Assembly: GCA_030167865.1 (NCBI GenBank)
Contig: JALAGF010004104.1
Location: forward strand, 51,584-71,583
Length of the DNA stretch: 20,000 bases
Reading direction: 5' to 3'
Origin: Craspedostauros australis
Taxonomy: Eukaryota
The notes under the pieces are model-generated. The model saw only the letters and a program-made list of their open reading frames with translations. It was not told the origin of the DNA and searched no databases. The position numbers and the translations under genes were made by a program. Below are positions 10,086 through 20,000 of the stretch, piece by piece (positions within the stretch are counted from its first letter, which is position 1; every line of letters begins with the position of its first letter).

Positions 10086-10126
10086 TGGATTCCAGCTCGA
10101 TGCAGTGCGCAGAACGAGCAGGGATG

Positions 10127-10157
10127 CAATCAATCGATCAATCAATCGATCAATCAA
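10127..10157 (+). repeat. Tetranucleotide repeat (CAAT/CGAT)n
   Basis: caatcaatcgatcaatcaatcgatcaatcaa just after the MFS stop. Confidence 0.8.
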
Positions 10158-10600
10158 AGCATACGTAGAGTGTGGTGCTCCATTTGTAAGCGCGGACGTA
10201 ATCAGTGCTTACTCTTATGATGTGCATTGATTGCTATGGTGCTTGTTGTGGTGCATGTTGTTTGCATGTCTATGTTATGTTAGGTTGGGTGACTTCGCCT
10301 TCCACCACTTCGTGCGGCCCGTGCCATCTTTGAATCCTTCGCTCTCTTCTCATAACCTGCACGGAGTTCGAGTTTGGGAGAATCGCGCAAAAAGAGCTGC
10401 TGTGACGAACACAGAGGGCGACAATGGCAATGGCGATGTTTTATGGTAGGTCGTACATGGAGCTGCAGCGCTCTGCATCTATTCCCAACAGCGCAAGACA
10501 ATGGGAGTCGAGTACTGCTGTGTTTGCTTTGAGCATGGGTGCAGACTTCCCTGCTCTCTAATATTATGTAATAGGTGGGAGTGTACGAGTATAATGGCAC

Positions 10601-10655
10601 GGGTAGGTAGGTAGGTAGGCAGGGAGGGAGGTGGGTAGGTAAATAGGTAGGTAGG
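10601..10655 (+). repeat. (GGTA)n/G-rich microsatellite between the convergent MFS and HSF 3' ends
   Basis: gggtaggtaggtaggtaggcagggagggaggtgggtaggtaaataggtaggtagg. Confidence 0.85.
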
Positions 10656-10770
10656 AACAGTGTCAAATGAACCATGCGTTGCGAACTGTTTATGCATCGG
10701 TATGCGCTGGTGTGAACCGGTATCAACTGATATACGCCTGTGAGACTGCAGGAGTGTCCTCTTGGCTAAG

Positions 10771-11945
10771 CTACACCTCTTGCCATTGCTGCACATCGCT
10801 CGTGTATCCTTCATCTCCCACACGGCTAGATGACACAACAATGTCTGCAGGGACGGTGCTGGAAGTGGTCATCGCGTCGCCGTTGTCAGTGGGGAAGAAT
10901 CTCTTTCCAAGGAACGACAACTGTTCTGGAGATTCTCCATTTGTCGCGTTAGTGGCAGTGTCCGCATTCATGCTGGTATGGAGGCTGGCAACCACATCCG
11001 CAGAAGTCGTACCCGCTGCTGTACTTGCCGTCATGTCTGTCGCCACACTGGAGTCTCTACTTGAGTGGCTTGTGAAGCTGCTACGCCTGCTTGTGTCGCA
11101 GCTGGATTCGTCACGACGGTAGCAGTTCCTACTGCCCACTGATGCATTTCCTCCGCACAAATCCTCTCTCTCGGCTTGGGCAATAGGCAATGCTAGGTAT
11201 GGCTTGGTGGTTACAGTTGCGGTTGCGGTTGCGATCGTCTTTGATTGTGTGCTTGGTTGTTCTGTTGCTGCCTCCGCCTTGGAATTAGTCTGGCTCTTCT
11301 GGCGGACGACGCGTTCGTGCAGCTCTTCCTGATCTCTCAAGAAGCTTGGATGACGATAGGATCCTCGGAATGTGGCTTTGCATTCTCTAATGAAGCCATA
11401 CAGCTGCAGCTGTTGATTGTGCACAAAGATCAAGGGTAAATGGTACACGGGCAAAAGGTAAAGGATACGAAAGGATTAGGGGAAGGGGATGTGTGAGTAT
11501 AAGAGGGTTGCCAGCGTGGTAGGCCACACGATCGATGGCGCAGGAGCGTGCTGTTGCGTTGGGACAATCTCAAAAGAGCACCGGGATGGCAGGTACAAAT
11601 GGCATCTTGATAGAAGTACCCTACTCGTATGGTACGTACCTGCCTGGTGAAGCTTCTGAACTTGGTCTGTCTGAAGTAGCGAGGCATGATATGTTCCACG
11701 AATCCATCCACGCTATGCACCTTGAATGCTTTTCCGTTGGCAACCCAGGATACGATGTGCTCGTTGCCGTCTGCCGCGGCATCCCGGAGCATGCGATGGA
11801 GTTTGCATGGGAATGTCTTGTTGTGCCTGTTCTTGCGCCGAGTGGCCTGTCGCTTGGCATTGGAGATCGCCTGCTGCTTCTGAAGCTTGGCGATGTCAAG
11901 GTTGGGGAGGAAGACCCTGGGAGTGTGGTTCGTTGTCATCATCAT
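10771..11945 (-). CDS. HSF-type DNA-binding domain transcription factor (~314 aa); exons 11945..11640 and 11409..10771
   Basis: 'TFPCKLHRML...HIVSWVANGKAFKVHSVDGFVEHIMPRYFRQTKFRSFTRQ' is joined by a phase-0 intron (GTACGT at 11639, CAACAG ending 11410) to 'LQLYGF...GSYRHPSFLRD', completing the HSF DBD. Ser/Thr-rich tail. TAG at 10773-10771. Confidence 0.9.
11410..11639 (-). other. GT-AG intron (230 bp) within the HSF DNA-binding domain
   Basis: Removal restores the SFxRQLxxYGF motif in frame. Confidence 0.88.
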
Positions 11946-12585
11946 CTTGAACGAGAGCGAGATCGTCAGCGTGAGCGTGAGCGGAAACAGAGGTGAAGAA
12001 GAGAGTGAATGCTACTGGAAGTGTTGCTGTGTTGCTGTGTTGGTACGAGTAGTGCTGAGATGCGGTGTGTGTTCTGTGGTTGTTGCGGATTTGAATATTG
12101 TGAGACCTGTTGGGTTTGTGGGTGGATCCGTAGTTCGATGTGTTTTGTCCTTGAGTACTCGCAGAGTGGGGTCAGCGTAGAGTGGAGTAGAGTGGAGTAT
12201 AGGGAAGCGGGGCAATCTCAGTTCTGATCTTTCAGTGTTTTTTCTCTCTGGTCTTTTGCCGTGCTCTCCTTGGATTTGTCCGGTCTTGGCTATTGACGTG
12301 TACCGCCTACTCCATCCTTATCTGATCTTGGTAACGTTGGATTCTTATGGTGCGTACACACTTCGCCTCTCCTCTCCTCTTCCTGCCGCTTCTTCCCTTC
12401 CCATTTCGTCTCCGGTTTGCTGTCAGGAATACTCGCAGACAATCTCCGTGTAGAGTCGAGTAGGACGCATCGGTACGGGCGCGAGCTGCGACTATGCATC
12501 GAAAGGGGACAATCAGTCAGCCAGTTGAATGCCGGGTGAACAGACAGACATGCAGATACGCTGAATTCGTTCGTTCGTTCGTTTG

Positions 12586-12622
12586 GTCGTGTCGTATCGT
12601 GTCGTATCGTGTGTATCGTGTG
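12586..12622 (+). repeat. Degenerate pentamer repeat (TCGTG/TCGTA)n
   Basis: gtcgtgtcgtatcgtgtcgtatcgtgtgtatcgtg. Confidence 0.75.
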
Positions 12623-14210
12623 TGTTGTCCGTTTTTGTGCCTTCCTTCACCACACTCAGACACACACGTACTTGCACAGAACTTAGAGCACACGCCGCTG
12701 CTACTGCCATCGCCAACTGTCCCGAGAGTCACCTACTCTACAACCGCGCCTCCACAGCCATGATGACATGTACGCCTCCAGCTACAATTGCAACTATATC
12801 TACACCTACACTTACACTTACACTTTTATCTAAGATTGCAACTCAATAGCACGAAGCACGAACATCGCTACTGATGCGACTACGTTGATTGATGGTTGAA
12901 CAATCAAGGTATTTCCGTGGACTTTGGACGTATCCAACATCACCTCCAGTTGCAACGACGACCTATTCATCTTCTTTCATCGACAACAACAGCAGCAGCG
13001 TCAACAGCAGCAACAGCAGCAGCAAGCACAGTATCAGCATCAGTACCAAGGTCACAACCTCAGATCGCCAACCATTTCGTTGGACGCACAGAACACCCTC
13101 CTCATGTTGGCTTCGTTAGCATACTGGACCCATACTTATTGGAGGTGGTCTTGGGTTGCCTGGATTGGTCGCCAAAGGTATGAGTTTACTCCTCGCAGGC
13201 CCTCCACAAGATCCAATTGCTACCATCTCTGGTGTTGTGTGAGGGATTGCGTCTGCATGCAATCTGGTTGCCAACCAACTGTGTTCCGCAGGAGCCGATT
13301 TTGGCAGAATGGCACAGCAGAGCAGGGTGGAGCAGATCCGGAGAGTCGAGAAGAGGAGGTCAGGGTGCAGAAGAGAACGGATCCGAACAGGGAAGGGCAG
13401 AGCGAAGCGAGCGTGGCGGAGTCCCTCTGTTTGTTGTCTCACCGACATTTGTCGTTCGATGTTGTTGCGTCGTATCTGTTGCACTTGGTGCAGCTGCCCG
13501 ATGGGATTCCTTGTGGTGCTTCGCGGACACAGCTAGACCTGCATTTATGCGAGTGTGCCTGTTTGTGTGTGGAAAACAGCATTCGAAGAATGGCGAACTC
13601 TCATCCAAGGAATCCGACGACATGCTAAGCTCGGAAAGACGCGATCAGAGTGTTCGCTGGAGAATCGTCATGGTGATTCCTTGTATTTGACCAAGGGCAG
13701 AAGGAACAATTGAGAGCTAACATCTGAGCCCCTGTGATTGTTGAACTGTGAATGAAAGCAGCGCAACGGGTCTGTAACAACGAGCAGTGTCAATAGACTC
13801 ATACGATCATATGTTTGAGGGAAAATGATTGGTGGAAGCGCCACATTCGTGACAGGATGGCAATAAGATGATAAAATTGCTGTATCCGCCGCGAGCGTCA
13901 ACAATCCCCATTGAAGGGCTGTTGTGAAAGTGCGCAAGTGTCCAGTTCAACATGATTGAGAGGTGTTTGTGACTGTTCATTGACTCGGTAGCACTTTCGT
14001 TGATGTTGTGCTTCCCCTCTTCCACGCCGCGGTAGTACCGGGGCTGGTGTCGTTGCTCTTCGAACTGCAATCTGGTTCTGCTCTTGTGGTCATGGCATGG
14101 TGTACGGCCTGGCGTGGTGTGGCACCTCCGCTGACACCACTTCCATTCCGTCAGGCACGCAAGCAATCAACGAAACAAGGAGAGAGCAAGGAGAGAGCTG
14201 CGACAATGGC

Positions 14211-14245
14211 GCAGAGCAGAGCAGAACAGAACACAACAAAACAGA
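14211..14245 (+). repeat. Degenerate pentamer repeat (GCAGA/ACAGA)n
   Basis: gcagagcagagcagaacagaacacaacaaaacaga. Confidence 0.7.
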
Positions 14246-15324
14246 ATCAACCGCGACAAGGCAAACCACTGGGATGGGCAGAAATGTGACAACATGCAGG
14301 ATCTCAGACATCACCCAGAGTGTGCTCGTTCAGAACAGCCCGGCGCTGGATTTGGAGACGTGCGAAGAACTGTGCAAAGAACTGTGCACAAGGGACCACA
14401 TCGCCCAGGTTTTGGAACCCATCAATCAGCACACATCGGTCAAACAAACAGAGACCAGCACGCTTCGTTGGCCTTCTCGCGGTGCTCGTAGATGCGCGGG
14501 TGTGTGATGTGCGTACCTCCACAATTGTATCCAGACACCAAGCACATTTATGTTTGGCCTGGATCTGACACGACCAAACTCAGGTTGAAGTGTGATTGAG
14601 CCATCTGATCTCTGGACTGACCGCGTCAGGTTCGTCGGAGTGATACTTTCTGTACCTATCAACTGTGCCTCTCTGTCGCCTCCTTCTGCCTGCAGAACAA
14701 ATGGCATCGCATTGATGGCGACGATGTGTGATACATCACGCAAAGCAAAGCAACACGAATTGCTGTGAAGGACTCCGCACACAGCGTGGTGCGTGTCTCC
14801 ACTCCTATCGGAGGTATGGCGACATCTCAATCATCTTCGTGATATGCGAGAATGGAGCAATGTGTTGTGGACGCCAGCGCTAACATCGACACGACGCCAT
14901 GCATGGGGACACGCATCAACTGCCGTGTACAACCAAGGAGTAATCGCAGCAATGACATCACTATCCGCGTCGAGATCCATACCGATGCCAATCCAGTGGC
15001 GAATGAACAGGCAGGATATTGGCGGAGACTGGTCGTACCAGCGCCGGCCATTTGGTCAGCAGATGCGCTTTCGTGTTCCCGCAGCTCCAGAGCACAACCT
15101 TTATTCGTATCCGTATTCGTTTGGTACAGGTGTCCCATAGCGGCCAGAGACAGACGGAGGCAGAGAATGAGCGAGATGCATACTCGCAGGGTACCTGCTT
15201 GGCTGAAATCAAGACAGACGAATCATGAGTACGAGCAGGATCATTCATCCGGCATCAACATTGGGAGCAGCGCAGCCTCGAGAATGAAGACGATGCCATC
15301 GCACAACTTGTGATATATTAGATG

Positions 15325-15362
15325 GTATTGTATTGCATTGCATTGAATTGTACTGCATTGCA
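15325..15362 (+). repeat. Degenerate pentamer repeat (TATTG/CATTG)n
   Basis: gtattgtattgcattgcattgaattgtactgcattgca. Confidence 0.75.
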
Positions 15363-16187
15363 CTCATATTTGTACTGGAGTAGAGTGCAGTGTCCTGCCC
15401 TATTCATGCTAATGTTTCTGATGTTGCTGGCAAGCCAGGACGGCGAGAGAGCTGCTGCTTTGTGGTGTATTGTGAATGGATGTGTTTGCTGCCAGAATTG
15501 TGAGCAACAATTTGGTGTCGTGAACGAACTCATGAACCGTGCGAACCTTCGTGTTCTCCTTGCACCGTAAATAATTATCACAGAGAATGTCACACCATTC
15601 CGTACAGAGATGTCGAGATCACGCAATCTGGGACACGCTTGAATGTATCTCCTACTCTGTCCTTGTTGGTGATGTCGTTTGAGGAAACAGTAGATGGTGT
15701 TGGGACCATCAGGACTGCTTGGATTGCCAGTTGCGGAAATGACCCTGGTCACGCCATTCGCAGATGCAACCGGCATCTGCGCGCTCCTACGATCGCGTGG
15801 TAGGTTGGCCTGGTACAAGTTTCAATTGTGACCTGATGTGGCCTGTGGCGCCAGGACGGAAATACCGAGTAACCTTGCTGGCAACAAGAATGGCTCTGTA
15901 CAGGAGGTGCTGATCGCGGTTGCTTGAGGATTACAGGGTATGCGCGCGGTACCAGCAAGGAGTCGCATAGCCTAGTTCACGCAATACTTTTCGTGCAGAG
16001 CAAAAGTGGCATGTTGCATTCGATGCCATTTCGAACAGAGAGATGGTTGCGACACCTGTGCGTGTGTTCGGAGCATTCTCGTAGCAACATTCAAACCCAT
16101 AGAGCGAAGACGATGAGAGAACGAGAATAAGAAAAGTAGATGAGCAAATCAGCGAGCTCAGCAACGACTTCAGCAGCGAAGGCGATG

Positions 16188-16222
16188 GCACAGCACAGCA
16201 CAGCACAGCACAACACGGCACG
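16188..16222 (+). repeat. Pentamer repeat (GCACA)n
   Basis: gcacagcacagcacagcacagcacaacacggcacg. Confidence 0.8.
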
Positions 16223-16751
16223 GTGATGGAATTGTTTGTGCCAGTCATTTGTGAGAACATCGTGGCACTCAAGGATCGCCTCTACACTATGACACAATAC
16301 TTACCTGCGTATCGGATGTTGTTGATGGACTTCGAATCTGTAAGACCATCGCGGACTTGTGCGCAGCGTAACGAAATTGGATGCGATATGTTCCGCCAGG
16401 CTGCGCATGTACATCTCCCGATGCAAAATGTGACGATGCAAGTGTAACTTTCTTGGCGTCCATATCAGCGCGGTTGAAAGTTACACGCCAAAAATCGGCG
16501 CATAGTATTATATAATAGTGTGGTACGAGTAGTAGTTGTAGTACATCTCGCAAGAGTAAGATGACTGAAAGAAATTGGGATGAGTAAGACATACAATGCA
16601 GTACAGCGCAGCGCAGCGCAGTATTTGTACAGTATCCACGAAGTGGCCAACTTGTTTGTGCACGATACGAATGATCGATCGCTCGAAGTAACGGAATCAA
16701 GTGTTTCTCACCGATACAGTCGGCCAGTTAACCAGGAAGCTAGCCAGCCCT

Positions 16752-18287
16752 TCAGGTCGGTGCTTGGGTGGTGCTCTGGTTGTCCTCTCTGGGCTTGCTG
16801 TGAGCCCCATCGTGCGTATCCTTCTTTTGTGTTGCGGGCGGGGGATCATCTTGAACCTCATCTCGTTGTTGAGCATTCTTCTTCTGCTGCTGCTGCTGCC
16901 CATGGTGATAGTGGTGTTGGAATCCATGCTGCGCTGTCAACGGCTGTTGGATGTACTGGGCGGACTCAGGCTGGTCTTGCTGGACTGGATTGGCTGATGG
17001 TTGCAAGGTTTGATCCAAGTGAGTCAGCTGGTGTGGCTGCTGTTGTGGCTGCGGTTGCAACTGCTCCTCTTGTAGCGGCTGCTGCTGCTGCTGCTGTACT
17101 GAGACATGGCCCGTATTGCTGGGGAGCATGCTTGTACTCGGCTGCGCTTGCGCTTGCCCTTGTCCTTGGATCGAAGCAGTGGTGCCTGAAAGTGCTGTTG
17201 GCAACAACGATGTTGCTGTCGCGAATGTTGGCGGTACCCCACCCAAGCCTAATATCTGCTGTTGGAGAAGTAGCTGGCTGACCATGACAGCCTGTGCCAT
17301 GATGGCGTCGTATGCTTGCTGTGGTATCTGTGGCAGATGTTCAGGTTGTGTCGATTGTGTTAGTTGCGTGGGTTGTTGAGGTATCTGTTGCGATGGTGCT
17401 TGTAGCTGTGCCGCCTGGAGATGGGTTCGAGGTTGGATATGCTGCAGCGGCTGAAATTGAGATCGAGGTAGCAGGCTAGCAGAAGGTAGTGCCATGTTGG
17501 TCGCGAATTGGGGGTGACGTGGTAGTATTTGGCTCGAGAGCAATCCCGCAGTGGCAGGTGCCGTGGTGTGTGGAGTCTGCGTTGTATGTGCAGCTGCATC
17601 GACAGACCCATGAGAGTGTGATTCGAGATGAGGTTGAAGCTGAGGCTGGATTTGCGGCTGAATCTGATTCTGAGACCGGGCCCGAGGATGAGAATCGATT
17701 CCTCCTTCCAGCTGCCGTGCTTTGACTTGCCTTATCGCATTCCGAAGTTGTTCATTTTCGTGTTTCAGGGCGCTGTTGGCGATCAGGAGCTCCTGCTGCT
17801 CAGCTTGTATCATGTCGATCAGAATGCGCTTTCGGTTCCTGTTCCTCTGTGCATTCACCCGGTTCATCTCCAATCTCCTCACCTTCTGGAGCTCTTCAGA
17901 CAGCTCAGGTTGGTTCTGAATTTCGGCGTTGGTGGCTGCGCACGCTGCTGCGATGTTACTCGTGTACGTCATGTCGTCGGCCGATCCTGTTGAGTCGGCA
18001 ATGGAGGTGGATCCTGTTCTTGCTGGCTGTGACATCCCTGATGCCGCGATGGCCGTTGTCGTTGTCGTTGTCGTTGCAGTCATCTGCGCCGTGGATGCGA
18101 TGTCAGCAGTGCTGGATTGGTGGAGAGACTGATGGATGTTAGGGTTGCGTCCCTGTTGTTGTTGAGGAGCATGATCGGTAGTTGCTTCGCCTCTTTCATC
18201 TCTTGGTTCTGAAGCCGCGGGAGCAGGTGTAGGCGCTGCTCCTGATGTTTGTGTGGCGTTGGAGGATGACTCTTGTCGATTTGACAT
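16752..18287 (-). CDS. bZIP transcription factor with long Gln/Pro-rich low-complexity C-terminus (511 aa)
   Basis: Basic region 'KVRRLEMNRVNAQRNRNRKR' (N-x7-R), followed after 9 residues by the heptad series I-x6-L-x6-L-x6-L-x6-V. Thr/Ala/Ser-rich N-terminus and Q-rich C-terminus. Confidence 0.85.
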   Translation of the reverse strand: MSNRQESSSNATQTSGAAPTPAPAASEPRDERGEATTDHAPQQQQGRNPNIHQSLHQSSTADIASTAQMTATTTTTTTAIAASGMSQPARTGSTSIADSTGSADDMTYTSNIAAACAATNAEIQNQPELSEELQKVRRLEMNRVNAQRNRNRKRILIDMIQAEQQELLIANSALKHENEQLRNAIRQVKARQLEGGIDSHPRARSQNQIQPQIQPQLQPHLESHSHGSVDAAAHTTQTPHTTAPATAGLLSSQILPRHPQFATNMALPSASLLPRSQFQPLQHIQPRTHLQAAQLQAPSQQIPQQPTQLTQSTQPEHLPQIPQQAYDAIMAQAVMVSQLLLQQQILGLGGVPPTFATATSLLPTALSGTTASIQGQGQAQAQPSTSMLPSNTGHVSVQQQQQQPLQEEQLQPQPQQQPHQLTHLDQTLQPSANPVQQDQPESAQYIQQPLTAQHGFQHHYHHGQQQQQKKNAQQRDEVQDDPPPATQKKDTHDGAHSKPREDNQSTTQAPT

Positions 18288-18666
18288 GACGATGACTGCT
18301 TGCGATCAGAGACGATGGTGCTGCCACTCTATGCTGTCTTGTTGAAACGATCTGTGGAGAGGAGAGTCTGTGCGTGTGCATGCGCATGTGCATGTATGCA
18401 CATGTCTTTGGCTTTTGGTCTGCGTTTCTGCGTGTGCGAAGCTCGTACGTAGAACGTGCCTGCGATGTGCTCCGAGGTGTCAGCAATGAAGTCTGAGGTC
18501 GAGACCTCTGTGGTAGAACGATGGGACTGATCAAGAGGGAACGCTCTGTCAGAACTTGACGTCTGTGCTGGGTCTTCCCGTGTGCGCGAGAGTTGGCTAA
18601 GCAGAAGTGCGACAGGCTCTGACGGAGCTTGGCTCACAAGCCCGTGCCTCTTGTAGCCGTGATGAT

Positions 18667-18727
18667 GGATGTCGTTTGATGATAGATGTCGTTTGATGAC
18701 TGCTGCCGTTTGATGACTGCTGTCGTT
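18667..18727 (+). repeat. 17-bp tandem repeat, ~3.6 copies
   Basis: GGATGTCGTTTGATGAT / AGATGTCGTTTGATGAC / TGCTGCCGTTTGATGAC / TGCTGTCGTT. Confidence 0.8.
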
Positions 18728-19250
18728 GCTGCTGCTTTTCTGATCACTTCTGCTGCAAGTAGTGCACCGGGGTCACCGTTGATGCTGCCGACTGCGTTGA
18801 GCTGATCCCGCAACACCAACGGCAACACCAGCAACCGTAGTATCACCCGTGGTGATGACAGTAGTGGTAGTAGTAGTAGTATCAACGGAGCGATGGGAGC
18901 GATGACGGTCGTAGCGATGGTATTGATGATGGCAGTGGTAAGTTTTTTGTTCGTTCTTTCATGTTTGTCGTTTGTCACGTTTTCACGTGCCAGTACACCA
19001 CAGAGTGCATCACAGAGTGCCAGTTCGCACCAAGCCATCAATCAACTCGATCGGAGACTGATGTGCGTTGGAACAAGCGTATTGGGGGTGTGGTGCTGAT
19101 GGGAAACGGTATCGCGAGATCGTTGGCGAGACAATGCGTGACGCAAGTAGGAGCAAACCATTGACCGCAAGAGTACGAGTACAAGTACATACACGTACTT
19201 CAAAAGCCAAGCCAAGCCGGCTCAAGTGGAGCCAAAGAGAGAGGCCAAAG

Positions 19251-19293
19251 CACATCATACCACATCACATCACATCACATCACATCACATCAC
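19251..19293 (+). repeat. Pentanucleotide microsatellite (CACAT)n
   Basis: Six perfect CACAT units at 19261-19290 plus degenerate flanks. Confidence 0.9.
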
Positions 19294-20000
19294 GCTAAAT
19301 CACCGTGTCAGTATCGCACATCGCTGCATGTCAGATCGGATCAGGTCGCGCGACATCAGGAGCGCACCTTGGATGAATTGGAGAACAAAAGAAAATTCAG
19401 AACTCGGGCACCAGGCTCTCCCATCAAGCTGTTCGTTGTCAGCCTCTTTCAGCCACGCAATGTTCCTTGTCGGTTCCACTTCAGGGGACTGGGCATTAGC
19501 GTCATACCGCCAGATGGTGACACCGACAGAGAAATGTTTGCGTCATGTAGCGATTGTTAAGGGCTTGGACATGGTGGAAGTCGCAAGGCTGTATCAACGT
19601 TAGTGTGAGGATGTCCAAGACGACGTCTCATCCAGAACACGCAACTGGGTGGAATGCATCCACAAGAAGTTGCAGCTTTGGAGAATAGAGGACAATGGAT
19701 CACTTAAGTCCTCCCCATCACCGTACGTTTCGCATGTGGGGTCGCAGCATCCAAGTGCTCCGAACCAAATCGAGAACTTTGGTGTCACGAAGTCGCTTCA
19801 CCATCGAAGTCGAACAGAAAGGAAGCTGGTGTTGTGTTGTCGTACTCTGTGGTCCACCGTTTGCTTCTCGCCTTTGCCTTTGCCTTTGTTTCGCGCCTTT
19901 GTTTGATTTGCTTTGGTTTGTGCTCAGTTTGCCCTTGTTTGCGTGTGTCTTAACTGTGTGTGATAGCTGTGCGTCTCTCATCTTGGTCATGCTTCTTGTG

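Noticed and set aside
16580..17281. 233-aa + ORF with polyAla
   Set aside because: Antisense read of the bZIP Q-rich region.
18667..18727. CRISPR-like array
   Set aside because: The units are contiguous with no spacers, there are no cas genes, and the context is eukaryotic.

Overview
Eukaryotic nuclear DNA, moderately GC-rich and gene-dense, with GT-AG introns. It is most consistent with a diatom or other ochrophyte (inferred from a bipartite plastid presequence and diatom-style HSF and bZIP genes). Seven genes are supported: the 3' part of a VPS9-domain Rab GEF (one intron), a small single-TM protein of unknown function, an AIFM2/FSP1-like FAD/NAD(P)H oxidoreductase, AP-4 beta adaptin, a probably plastid-targeted MFS (DHA1-like) transporter, an HSF-domain transcription factor (one intron) and a Q-rich bZIP transcription factor. 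A ~4.8 kb gap between HSF and bZIP, and the last 1.7 kb, contain no recognisable gene. They do hold stop-poor reading frames and many short tandem repeats, mostly of period 5. I found no CRISPR array, mobile element or RNA gene, and no clear new multi-gene system. The findings are modest leads.
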